Part shown: positions 16,641 to 24,620 of the stretch, one piece after another | Layout: each line of letters begins with the position of its first letter | Position numbering within the stretch: the stretch's first letter is position 1 | From: a virus | Taxonomy: Duplodnaviria > Caudoviricetes | DNA: 28,602 nucleotides | IMG/VR virus record: IMGVR_UViG_3300032001_000035 | Coordinates: 1 to 28,602 of that record | Direction: 5' to 3' (one strand) | The notes under the pieces: model-generated | Databases searched by the model: none | What the model was told of the DNA's origin: nothing | What the model saw: the letters and a program-made list of their open reading frames with translations, nothing else | Translations under genes and position numbers: made by a program

Positions 16641-16683
16641 GCAGCGTCACCATCTACCATGCGGCCATCGTCATGCCGCACCG

Positions 16684-16974
16684 TCACCAGCGCCGCGCGC
16701 TGGCCCATCCTCTCGCCATGCTGCGCATGCGATTGCCACGCTGCGCGCCTTCGCTGCGGTTGTGGTAGCGGCACGCCAGGCCAGGCAGGTACCCGCCGTT
16801 GACATGGTCATGCGCCAGGTCAAGCATTGCCACGGGCACCCAGAGCGGTTCGCCGCCGATGGCGCACGGGTCACCAGGACGGTGCTGTGCCTTGCGCTGC
16901 TTCTGCAGCCGGACGTGTGGTGAGCCGTAGCCGCGCTGGGCGGTAGTGCCGCGGTGCCGCTTGCGGTACATCAC
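16684..16974 (-). CDS. Packaging-associated HNH-like endonuclease (HK97 gp74-like position)
   Basis: TTAQRGYGSPH, PCAIGGEPL, LDLAHD, GLACRYHNRSEGA; upstream of terS. Confidence 0.7.
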   Translation of the reverse strand: MMYRKRHRGTTAQRGYGSPHVRLQKQRKAQHRPGDPCAIGGEPLWVPVAMLDLAHDHVNGGYLPGLACRYHNRSEGAQRGNRMRSMARGWASARRW

Positions 16975-17183
16975 GCGCCTGCCTCTAGCTGCGTAACGAC
17001 ATCCCTAAGAAGCTGCGTGATCTTCTCATGGAAGTCCTGCTCGTAGGCCCAGTCGCGGGCGCAGAACCAGTGGTCAAAGCCAAACGTGTCGGTGACCTTG
17101 ACGGTGACATCCTCGCTGAGACAGTCGTAGCAGCGGGGTTTCACCGGGTCACCACCAGCATCTGGGCATGCGGACCTAGGCAC
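16971..17183 (-). CDS. Small Cys-containing hypothetical protein
   Basis: CYDC...WFC; stop overlaps the HNH start; start could be GTG 17144. Confidence 0.55.
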   Translation of the reverse strand: MPRSACPDAGGDPVKPRCYDCLSEDVTVKVTDTFGFDHWFCARDWAYEQDFHEKITQLLRDVVTQLEAGA

Positions 17184-17415
17184 ATAGTAAGCGCTCTAAC
17201 CGGAGGAAGGGAACAATCGCCGCGTGAAGTTTCATCAGGTCGGCTGCTTCGTACACGGGCCACGGGTGGCCGGGGCGGCCGGTGGGGCGCCAGCCGGCGG
17301 GTTTCCACCGCAGCGCGGTGACGATGTCGCGGAGTTGCGCTTCGGTGATGGGCGGGTTGAGGAGGGTGCACGCTTCGGCGAGGGTGAGGGGGACCGCCGG
17401 GCGCATGATGCCCAT
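17176..17415 (-). CDS. Winged HTH-like DNA-binding protein
   Basis: LTLAEACTLLNPPITEAQLRDIV...PVYEAADLMKLH. Confidence 0.6.
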   Translation of the reverse strand: MGIMRPAVPLTLAEACTLLNPPITEAQLRDIVTALRWKPAGWRPTGRPGHPWPVYEAADLMKLHAAIVPFLRLERLLCA

Positions 17416-17445
17416 GGTGCCGCAGTGGCGCGTGTGGCTGGCGCA

Positions 17446-18039
17446 TTACGGGTCCATGGCGGCGTACTGGCACAGGCCGTCCGCCCACGACACCATCGGG
17501 TCACCGCCCACCGACCGGTCCACCAGCCCCTGCGGGTGATTCCCGTCCCCGTCGAAACACGCGCCGAAATGCATGCACGTCACCCGCCCCGACCTGGGGG
17601 ACATGCGCAGCATCGGGTACCCGCAGTACGGGCACGCCACCCCGGACACTTTCAGCCACCGTTCCGCCTCGTCGATGGCGGCGAGCTGCTGGACGGCCAG
17701 CGACCACCGGTCCAGGATCCGCGCGGCCTCCGCGGCGGCGGCGGCGGTCATGCCCGCGCCCAGGTGCTCGATCGCCTTGATCGCTTCGGCGGTGTTCGCG
17801 TCGGAACCGCCGCGCCTGGTGCCCGGGTTGCCGGTGACGGCGCGGCGCATGGCGGTTTCGAGGCGGCGCAGGCCCTCATGGGCGTCCAGGTGGGCGTTGG
17901 CGGCGGCGGCGTTCCACGGCGGCCGTGACCCGGGCTGCCCGTCGCCGCTGATGCCGTCGACGTCGGGTTCGGGGGTGAGTTCGGCGGCCTGGGGCAGCCA
18001 GGCGGCGATGGCGGTGCACGCTTCGGGAAGGGCGGTCAT
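17446..18039 (-). CDS. Zn-finger protein, putative late-gene regulator
   Basis: PGSRPPWN, CPYCG...VTC...C; positioned at the end of the early region, before packaging genes. Confidence 0.65.
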   Translation of the reverse strand: MTALPEACTAIAAWLPQAAELTPEPDVDGISGDGQPGSRPPWNAAAANAHLDAHEGLRRLETAMRRAVTGNPGTRRGGSDANTAEAIKAIEHLGAGMTAAAAAEAARILDRWSLAVQQLAAIDEAERWLKVSGVACPYCGYPMLRMSPRSGRVTCMHFGACFDGDGNHPQGLVDRSVGGDPMVSWADGLCQYAAMDP

Positions 18040-18115
18040 GAGGTGTCCCGTTCGATCGCGGCGGGCGGGCACGGGATCAGCGCGGCCAGCTCAGCGGTGA
18101 AGGATGGCACTGGCG

Positions 18116-18397
18116 TCATGGCTGGCCCCGGCGCTTACGACAGCGAGCGCTACCACAGTCGATCAGGTCGGGATTATCCATGCGCGGGATGATCAGCGGT
18201 AGCGGGCGCCCATCGGCGGCGTACTGCCGCTGTGGCCATCGCCGCTCCTCGGCCAGCGGGTCAATCCCCGTTTCTACTTCCAGCCGCGCGATCTTCGCCT
18301 CGGACGGCCGATCATGAATGTCGCATTTCGAGAGGAGCCGCAGCCACCGCCTCCATAGCGCGGCCAGCTCGGCGGTGAACGGCACGGCAGCCGTCAC
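18116..18397 (-). CDS. Hypothetical protein
   Basis: 93 aa; GTGA-coupled to the upstream ORF. Confidence 0.55.
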   Translation of the reverse strand: MTAAVPFTAELAALWRRWLRLLSKCDIHDRPSEAKIARLEVETGIDPLAEERRWPQRQYAADGRPLPLIIPRMDNPDLIDCGSARCRKRRGQP

Positions 18398-18534
18398 GGC
18401 ATCTCGGCAAGGTCGTGCCAGTCAAGGTCGTCGTCATCGTGGCAAGAGCATCCGCACATGGCCCAGTCGCAGCCATCACCGGCGTTCTCAGCCCAGCAGT
18501 GTTCGCACTTACCGGCGATCACATAGTCGGTCAT
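18394..18534 (-). CDS. Small Cys-rich acidic protein (46 aa)
   Basis: Below the ORF-track cutoff: MTDYVIAGKCEHCWAENAGDGCDWAMCGCSCHDDDDLDWHDLAEMP; RBS AGGAGG; stop overlaps the next start. Confidence 0.6.
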   Translation of the reverse strand: MTDYVIAGKCEHCWAENAGDGCDWAMCGCSCHDDDDLDWHDLAEMP

Positions 18535-18536
18535 GG

Positions 18537-19328
18537 TCAGCCTCCTGAGCCGGACAGTGCGGGGCCGGCGCCGACATGCAGCGTGGCGAGAGCGGTGGTC
18601 CAGTTGCTAGCGATGGCTACCTGGGCGTCGTGCAGCCGCTGCTCCGCCTGCGCCCCGGCAGCCTGGCACACCCACGCGTGCAGCTGGTTCTCAACGGCGT
18701 CCTTCGCGTTAGGTATCGGCCCCGGCTCTACCCAGAGATTGCTAGCGTCGTTGGCGCCGCCCAGCTCCAGCGACACCAGGTGGTCAAGCTCCCCGGACAC
18801 GTTCACCTGCCCGTACGCGGGCTCGGCGACGTTCCACTTGAACGCGGACGTTTGCGCTTCGGGGGCCCGGTAGGCGCGGGTGGTATACCCGGGGGCGCAG
18901 AGGACGGCGGCGGTGACGGCCGGGTCGTAGGCCCCTGGCGTACAACGTGGATCCGGTAGCTGCCCCGAGTCGGATGTGTGGCAGGGGCCGGTGAGGGTGC
19001 CGGTGACCTGCCCAGGGTCGCGCACCTGGTTGAGCGCCGGCGGGGCAGCGCTGGCCGTGGATGGTGCCACGGTGGGGGTGACGGGCGCGGAGGGCCCGGA
19101 CCCGGACGGTGTGCCGCAGGCTACGGCGAGCAAGGCCGCGGCGGCGGGAAGCGCGTAACGAATCGCTGAAATCCGGTATGCGCGCCCGCGCGTAACGTAG
19201 CTGGAGTTTTTTATCCTGCGTGACGATGCTTCTGTTGTCAGTCCGTCCGTCCGTCCGTCCGTGCTCTTGTCACAAGCACCGTTACGTGGCATTGCAACGT
19301 TATGATGCGGTCGCATCGTCACGCGCAT
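18537..19328 (-). CDS. Lipoprotein with HNH-type nuclease domain (start uncertain)
   Basis: Lipobox-like ALLAVA-C, Pro/Thr linker, then LPDPRCTPGA...ELDHLVSLELGGANDASNLW...NAKDAVEN. Confidence 0.75.
   Translation of the reverse strand: MRVTMRPHHNVAMPRNGACDKSTDGRTDGLTTEASSRRIKNSSYVTRGRAYRISAIRYALPAAAALLAVACGTPSGSGPSAPVTPTVAPSTASAAPPALNQVRDPGQVTGTLTGPCHTSDSGQLPDPRCTPGAYDPAVTAAVLCAPGYTTRAYRAPEAQTSAFKWNVAEPAYGQVNVSGELDHLVSLELGGANDASNLWVEPGPIPNAKDAVENQLHAWVCQAAGAQAEQRLHDAQVAIASNWTTALATLHVGAGPALSGSGG
19241..19262. repeat. Tetranucleotide tandem repeat (GTCC)5GT
   Basis: gtccgtccgtccgtccgtccgt read directly. Confidence 0.9.
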
Positions 19329-19743
19329 CGTGACCGTCTCCGTTCTCCGCCGCCTTGCGGGCGCGGTACTGCCGCTGCCGTTCGGCGGCGGTCATGGGCT
19401 CGTGGCCTTCCCAGCGGGCCATCGCGCCGGCCTGGGCGCGGGCCCGGCGGGCTTTGGTTTCGGGGGTGGATTCCTGGAACTCGTCCCACCCGTGGATCAG
19501 CCAGCCGCCGGGCTGCTCGCGCCAGAACCCGTGCTGGACGAGGCGGGCGGCGTCAGTTGTCCGGCCGTGGATGAAGGGGAGGCATTCGCGGGGGAGGAAC
19601 CCGTCGGTGCCGTGCGCGCCGGAGTAGCCGAGGGAGCACAGGTAGACGAGGCCGGCGCGGTGGCCGTCTTTCTCCAGGAGCATGGCGAGGAGTTTCGGGT
19701 TGGATGCGAACGACGTGTCGAGCCGCACCCAGGGCAGTGGCAT
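19300..19743 (-). CDS. Replication initiator-like protein (N-terminal domain only)
   Basis: WVRLDTSFASNPK...YSGAHGTDGF...LVQHGFW...GWLIHGWDEFQ resembles actinophage Rep N-termini; RBS AGGAA. Confidence 0.7.
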   Translation of the reverse strand: MPLPWVRLDTSFASNPKLLAMLLEKDGHRAGLVYLCSLGYSGAHGTDGFLPRECLPFIHGRTTDAARLVQHGFWREQPGGWLIHGWDEFQESTPETKARRARAQAGAMARWEGHEPMTAAERQRQYRARKAAENGDGHDARDDATAS

Positions 19744-19764
19744 ACACGTGTTCCTGTCTTTTCG

Positions 19765-20055
19765 TTACCGGATAGCTTCTAGTTCGCGCTGGATGCGGCC
19801 TGAGCGCAGGTCGTCTGGGCGCCAGATGGCCCAGCTAATCCCGGCCTGACGGAGCATCCAGCCCCAGTGTTCTTGCTCGTTCGTGACCTTCCCGTACTCG
19901 TTTTTCAGCTCCCGGGTGATAAACATCTGGGCCCCGCAGAGCGCTAGGTCGGGCCATCCGGGGACAGATCGGCGGCTGTCGAAGGTGTGGTAGCAGGCGA
20001 TGCCATAGACCCGGCACATCTCCACCACCACCGCCTGTAGCTCTCTCTCGGTCAC
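19765..20055 (-). CDS. VRR-NUC domain nuclease
   Basis: TERELQ...GWPDL...RELK...GKVTNEQEHW...WRP (PD-(D/E)xK). Confidence 0.85.
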   Translation of the reverse strand: MTERELQAVVVEMCRVYGIACYHTFDSRRSVPGWPDLALCGAQMFITRELKNEYGKVTNEQEHWGWMLRQAGISWAIWRPDDLRSGRIQRELEAIR

Positions 20056-20543
20056 CCGGACGCGGCGGTGCCTTCGCCTAGGCCCAAGCGGAGCCGCTCA
20101 GCCTTTTCCCAGGTCGTCTTCTTGTTGCCGCCCGCCGCCCTGATCAGTTCGCGGAGGCGCACGTCACGTTCGTCGTCGCGATCGGAGAACCGCTTGGTCA
20201 GTGACCGCATCTCCCGGGCATGTCGTTCGAGGTCTTCGAGTGTTGTCTCGGGACCGAAGGTGTCACGCGGCCAGAAGTCGGAGCAGATGTCATCGAACGC
20301 ACTCTGATAGTCAGGGGCGATGATGCGCGCGACTTCGCGGGAGGCGGCTTTGCGGAGCTTGGTGACAGCGGAGTCCAGTTTGCCGCTCAGGTGCGCGGTG
20401 ACAAGGCCACGGATGAAATCCTCATCCTTCTCGAAGACGTGATCCGTGGCCGTGGTAACGGCGTGCTCACGGTCAAGCTCGCCGCTCTTGACCCGCCGGG
20501 CGAGATCATCGATCTCCTGGGCGAGCCACTTAGGCAGGTTCAT
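20052..20543 (-). CDS. Hypothetical helical protein (163 aa)
   Basis: ATG 20543 overlaps the HTH gene stop; RBS GGAGG; MNLPKWLAQEIDDLARR... Confidence 0.7.
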   Translation of the reverse strand: MNLPKWLAQEIDDLARRVKSGELDREHAVTTATDHVFEKDEDFIRGLVTAHLSGKLDSAVTKLRKAASREVARIIAPDYQSAFDDICSDFWPRDTFGPETTLEDLERHAREMRSLTKRFSDRDDERDVRLRELIRAAGGNKKTTWEKAERLRLGLGEGTAASG

Positions 20544-20830
20544 GCTTGCTTCCTCCGTTCGTTCATCGACACGATGTTGGTCGGCTCGCTGTGCAATTCG
20601 GGTGTGCATTTCTCGCCCCCAGGGGGTGAATTTTGCACACCGGTTTTGCACAGCGGGATGACGTTCGCGCGTTCGCGTTCCCAGCGCACAAGATCGTTTC
20701 GCACTGTGCTGAACGAGCACGCCAGCGCTTCGGCAATTTGGCGCAGGGACAGGCCCTGGGCGCGGAGGCGCACGGCCGCGGCCATTCGCTTGTCTGGGTT
20801 GCGCGCATGTTTACGCTTGTATTTCCTCAT
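20540..20830 (-). CDS. HTH DNA-binding protein
   Basis: AVRLRAQGLSLRQIAEALACSFSTVRNDL. Confidence 0.8.
   Translation of the reverse strand: MRKYKRKHARNPDKRMAAAVRLRAQGLSLRQIAEALACSFSTVRNDLVRWERERANVIPLCKTGVQNSPPGGEKCTPELHSEPTNIVSMNERRKQA
20587..20655. repeat. 69-bp imperfect palindrome with four TGCACA-type units
   Basis: CGCTGTGCAA..GGTGTGCA..TCGCCCCC A GGGGGTGA..TGCACACC..TTGCACAGCG. Confidence 0.85.
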
Positions 20831-21012
20831 CCCTCAGCCCCCGTGGTGAGCGCAGCGATGAGCCGCTTCACCTGAATGGGAAACAGCCCGACCGTCGGCA
20901 AGCCAGGGATGGCTAGGCGAGCGCTTCCGTCAGGCCGCATAGTGACGGTGAGCTTGCTGGCCTTGGCGTAAGACGCGTAGACCAGGCCGCAATCAACGTC
21001 GCTGATGGCCAT
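20827..21012 (-). CDS. Hypothetical protein (61 aa)
   Basis: Strong RBS AAAGGAGG before ATG 21012; ATGA-coupled to the HTH gene. Confidence 0.7.
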   Translation of the reverse strand: MAISDVDCGLVYASYAKASKLTVTMRPDGSARLAIPGLPTVGLFPIQVKRLIAALTTGAEG

Positions 21013-21247
21013 GGTTCCTCCTTTGTCGCCCTGGCGGCCGGTCACGATCCGGCCCTTGGCACCGTGCGCCAGGTTCAGCGGGAGAGCCCCGGCCAGCCCA
21101 TTGATCGGGGCCCTCCCGCACGCGGGCTTCTGCGTGGCCCGCGGTTCGCCGTCCCCGCGCTGCCCGCAGGCCGGGGGAGGCTGGCCTGTCAGCGGGGGTC
21201 CGGGGTTCCCGCGCCGGAGCGGATGCGGCCGCAGGCGTAGCTGGGGG

Positions 21248-21469
21248 TCACGTGGTCACCTCCCTGCCGGTGTCGTGCCCGGCGAGCCACACGGCGCGCA
21301 CGAACAGCTGGGCGAACGCCTCGCACTGCTCCCGGTTGAACGGCAGGCCGCCGATGGTGACGAGGCCGCCGTTGACGCCGACGGCGAGGGGGCGCCCGGA
21401 CACGCCGGTGACACTCCCCACCTTGGTCACGCGCGCCTGCGGTTCCGGCACCACGCCGAACGCGCTCAC
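21248..21469 (-). CDS. Hypothetical protein (73 aa)
   Basis: GTG 21469 with RBS GAGGTGG; MSAFGVVPEPQARV... Confidence 0.55.
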   Translation of the reverse strand: MSAFGVVPEPQARVTKVGSVTGVSGRPLAVGVNGGLVTIGGLPFNREQCEAFAQLFVRAVWLAGHDTGREVTT

Positions 21470-21561
21470 AGCGCCACCTCGTAGCGGCAGCCCTCGATGC
21501 AGCACGCTGCCCGGCCGGAATCGTGGACGAGGGTGTTGCCGTGCTCGGGGCACTCATCCAC
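21466..21561 (-). CDS. Tiny Zn-ribbon-like peptide (31 aa)
   Basis: MDECPEHGNTLVHDSGRAACCIEGCRYEVAL; fills the gap exactly, with GTGA coupling downstream. Confidence 0.45.
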   Translation of the reverse strand: MDECPEHGNTLVHDSGRAACCIEGCRYEVAL

Positions 21562-22465
21562 CGGCGTGCTCTTTCCCGGTTTCGCCGGTGATGTAGCGGA
21601 GGTGGCCGATGTCGTCGCAGGATTCAAGATCGGCTACCACCCGGGCCAGCTGCTCGATGGACAGCGCGGCGAGGTCGTCCTCACCGGTGAGGAGCCGGAG
21701 GTAGGTGTCGCATTCGTCCCCGTCGTCGATGCCGAGGCGGTGCAGGTGCGCGCCTATCTCGTCTTTCAGCGCCCGCGGGTCCGGTTCCGGCGGCTCGACG
21801 GGCTCGGCGCGCCGCTGCGGCCGGGCAGGCGGCTCGGCCTGCTGGACGCTGAAGTGCGGCGCGCGGGCGCCGTTGCGGGCTAGCTCGTCGCTGGTGAAGA
21901 TGCCTTCGAGGTCCTGGGGGAAGGCTTTGCGGAGGGCCTGGGCTTCGGCGCATTTGGCGATCATGTGCTCGGGCATGGTGGCCCAGTTCGCCATGAGCTT
22001 CCCTTCCTTGCTGAAGGAGGCGAAGGAGGCGAACCGGGCGACGCCGGGAAACGGCTTGCCGTCCCGGTATACGACCACCCGCGCGGCGGCGGGCGCCTCG
22101 GGGTGCACCCACACGTCGTAGGGCTGGCCGTCGCCGTCGTACCAGGTGGTGTCGCCGTAGGACAAGACGACGCCGGCGTCCCGGGCGGCGCGGGCGGCGA
22201 TGACCCGGTACCCGTCGATCTCGGTCTGGATCGTCCATTTGTCCCGGTATTCGCCGCCTGCCTTCTCGCGGCGCTTGATCATGGTGATCTGCCGGGCGAA
22301 CGGGTCGAGGCGGGTGACCTGGCAGCGGTGCATGAACACGGCCAGCTCGGCGTTCGGCGCATTGATGCCGAGGATGGACAGGGCGGCGAGCTGTTTCTTG
22401 TCCCAGAAGTCCTGCCCGTCGCGGATGGCGAGCGCGGCGTGGTTCGCCTCGTGGGTTGCGGTCAT
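21554..22465 (-). CDS. bet: Bet/RecT-family single-strand annealing protein
   Basis: FMHRCQVTRLDPFARQI, QTEIDGYRVIA, WATMPEHMIAKCAEAQALRKAFP...GIFTSDEL. Confidence 0.9.
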   Translation of the reverse strand: MTATHEANHAALAIRDGQDFWDKKQLAALSILGINAPNAELAVFMHRCQVTRLDPFARQITMIKRREKAGGEYRDKWTIQTEIDGYRVIAARAARDAGVVLSYGDTTWYDGDGQPYDVWVHPEAPAAARVVVYRDGKPFPGVARFASFASFSKEGKLMANWATMPEHMIAKCAEAQALRKAFPQDLEGIFTSDELARNGARAPHFSVQQAEPPARPQRRAEPVEPPEPDPRALKDEIGAHLHRLGIDDGDECDTYLRLLTGEDDLAALSIEQLARVVADLESCDDIGHLRYITGETGKEHAGG

Positions 22466-22654
22466 GGTTGCTCTCTCTCTCTGGGTGTGCGTGTGCCTGC
22501 ATTTCCACGCCGGGCAGGCGTAGGTGACCCCTTCGGGCCCGGCGCGCAGTTCATACAGCAGGTGGTGGTGATCGGGGCAGGCCGGCCAGTCGTAGTGCTG
22601 GCCGTGGGCGCGCCGGCACGACGGGCACGCATCGGCGGCCAGGAGCGCGGTCAT
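22466..22654 (-). CDS. Cys/His-rich segment in frame with bet (no stop between them)
   Basis: ATG 22654 (ATGA coupled); CPSC, CPDH, CPAWKC; reads through (AG)6 into bet. Confidence 0.55.
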
Positions 22655-23037
22655 GGCAGCCCTAGTTCGCGCTCGATGCGGGCGAGGAACGCGTCGTCGC
22701 TTTCGGTGCGGAGGACGCGCCGGGTGCGCAGGACGTGGTTGAGGATGACCATGCCCTTGTCGTGCTGGTGGATGGTCAGGTAGCAGGGGCCGAGGTCCTC
22801 GCTGCCGGGCGCGCGGTAGGACCGTGAGCCCGGTGCCGGGGCGCGCGCGACGGGGATGCGCGGCGCTGTCCGGCCGACGGCCCCACCGGGGGGATGGGGC
22901 TGCCCCGGCACCGGGGGCCTGTAGATGCGTGCCGCCCTGCGGAACGCCCGCACTATGAGGCGGAACGCGACGAAGAGGCTGAGGACGGCGGTGCAGCCGA
23001 GAAACGCGGCACCGGCCCCGGCGACGATGTCGTTCAT
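22651..23037 (-). CDS. Membrane-anchored hypothetical protein (128 aa)
   Basis: ATGA-coupled start; N-terminal TM helix. Confidence 0.6.
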   Translation of the reverse strand: MNDIVAGAGAAFLGCTAVLSLFVAFRLIVRAFRRAARIYRPPVPGQPHPPGGAVGRTAPRIPVARAPAPGSRSYRAPGSEDLGPCYLTIHQHDKGMVILNHVLRTRRVLRTESDDAFLARIERELGLP

Positions 23038-23678
23038 GCCGCACGCTCCCGCAGGTGACCGAGCAGGGCCGCGCCGATGTGCTCGGTGTACGCGGGCGGG
23101 ATCGCCTCGCGGGCTTCGTAGCGTTTCATCCAGCCGACGCCTACGGCTTCCCGCCATGCTTGCTCGTTGCTGCGGCCGCCCGGACGGTTCGCCCGTTCCG
23201 GGTTCATGGGCTGCATAGTGTGGTCACAGCCGCGCGGCGGTGCGATCGGAAGCGACATCTCAAACAGGCGATGGCGCCAGATGGGCAGGCCGAACATGGT
23301 GCCGCACAGTTCGAGGCCATGGCGTCCGTCGAGTGTGTCCTGTGATGGCAGCGGAGCGCCTTGGACGTTCTCGATTACCCATGGAAGACCGCTACTCCGT
23401 AGCAGGTGGCAGATGGGGTCGATCAGCCGCGGATAATGCCCGGATAGGTGCCGCATGGCCTTGCTGTAGTCCTGGCACGGCGGTGAAGCATGGATGGCGT
23501 CGAAGATGCGGGCCCACGACATCCGCAGCGTTACTAGTGCATCGCCCTGAACGAACTCGAACGGGTACCGGGGCTGCGGCCGGTTGTCCACGCCTACCAC
23601 GTCGAACCCGGCGCGGTGGTAGCCCATGGCCGCGCCGCCCGCGCCGCAGAACAGGTCCAGCAACCGGGGGCGGCTCAT
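23034..23678 (-). CDS. Orphan DNA (cytosine-5) methyltransferase
   Basis: LLDLFCGAGG (motif I), ASPPCQ (IV), IENV (VI), HRLFE, AIPPAYT; start ATG 23678. Confidence 0.9.
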   Translation of the reverse strand: MSRPRLLDLFCGAGGAAMGYHRAGFDVVGVDNRPQPRYPFEFVQGDALVTLRMSWARIFDAIHASPPCQDYSKAMRHLSGHYPRLIDPICHLLRSSGLPWVIENVQGAPLPSQDTLDGRHGLELCGTMFGLPIWRHRLFEMSLPIAPPRGCDHTMQPMNPERANRPGGRSNEQAWREAVGVGWMKRYEAREAIPPAYTEHIGAALLGHLRERAA

Positions 23679-23878
23679 GACGCCTCCCGCAGGGCTTTGC
23701 GGTACCGGGTCACCGTGCGCTGGGAGACGCCGAGGCGCAGCGCCGCGCACCGGGCGCTCATCCGGTCGCCGCCGATGAACAGGTAGTCCTCGATGCCGCC
23801 GACGCGCTGCAGTTGCCGGATGCGCCCCTTGGCGTAAGGCGAGGTGCAGATGGCGGCCTCAAGCTGCTCGCGGGTCAT
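23675..23878 (-). CDS. Small HTH protein
   Basis: SARCAALRLGVSQRTVTRYR. Confidence 0.7.
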   Translation of the reverse strand: MTREQLEAAICTSPYAKGRIRQLQRVGGIEDYLFIGGDRMSARCAALRLGVSQRTVTRYRKALREAS

Positions 23879-24408
23879 GACGTCACCTCCGCCATGAGGT
23901 CGGTGTACGCGCCGACCGGGTCGGCGTAGCCGGGGAGGGCGGCCTCGTAGTCGTCGAGGGACAGGTGCTTGATGGCGGAGGCCGCGGCAGCGAGGTCCCC
24001 CGGGCCAGCCGTGACGGCGGCTGCGGCCGGGCCGTCACCCCGCGGGGGGGGTTGCGGGGGCGCTGGCCCGGGGGTTCCCGTAGCGGGCGCCGGGTTATCC
24101 CCGGAGGGTCCCGCTACAGGCTGGTCCCCGCCCTGGCCGTGCGGGAGCGCAACCTCCGGCGGCCAGGGCGGGGGGCTGGTGTGCCGTTCCGGCCACAGGT
24201 CCCGGTTGGCCGGGGCCAGGACCGGCGCGGCGAGGAACGCCGGCGCGTGGTCGTGGTGGAGCTCTTCGCGGAGGCGCCGCAGGTGGTCGATCGCCGCCTG
24301 GTCTTCGGCGGGCAGGGGCCGCTCGCGGGACCCGTCGAATAGGCGCAGGCCCAGCCCGAAGAGGGCCAATACCGCGATGGCGGCCGCGACGATGAGGATG
24401 ATCGTCAT
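23875..24408 (-). CDS. Membrane-anchored Pro-rich protein (177 aa)
   Basis: ATG 24408 (ATGA coupled); MTIILIVAAAIAVLALFGLGL TM helix. Confidence 0.65.
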   Translation of the reverse strand: MTIILIVAAAIAVLALFGLGLRLFDGSRERPLPAEDQAAIDHLRRLREELHHDHAPAFLAAPVLAPANRDLWPERHTSPPPWPPEVALPHGQGGDQPVAGPSGDNPAPATGTPGPAPPQPPPRGDGPAAAAVTAGPGDLAAAASAIKHLSLDDYEAALPGYADPVGAYTDLMAEVTS

Positions 24409-24620
24409 AACCGGCCACCGCCTCGCGGCACGCTGGCGGCGTCGCACCACTCTTCCCAGTCCTTCACGCCAGCCGAGGACTGGAGTCCAGTGGCTGCGGC
24501 GAGCGCGAGCGTGGCGTGCACCTGGGCGCGGGCGAGAAGAGCCTGCACCCCCTCGGGGCTTTTGCCGTTCATCGCAGCCATGTCCTTCTCGGCTTCGCGG
24601 TAGTGCTCGGGCCCGGTCAC
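24405..24620 (-). CDS. Conserved actinophage hypothetical protein (71 aa)
   Basis: MTGPEHYREAE...ARAQVHATLALAAAT; GTGA coupled. Confidence 0.75.
   Translation of the reverse strand: MTGPEHYREAEKDMAAMNGKSPEGVQALLARAQVHATLALAAATGLQSSAGVKDWEEWCDAASVPRGGGRL

Noticed and set aside
23034-23678. Possible restriction-modification system
   Set aside because: No cognate restriction endonuclease adjacent; orphan C5 methyltransferases are common in actinophage early regions.
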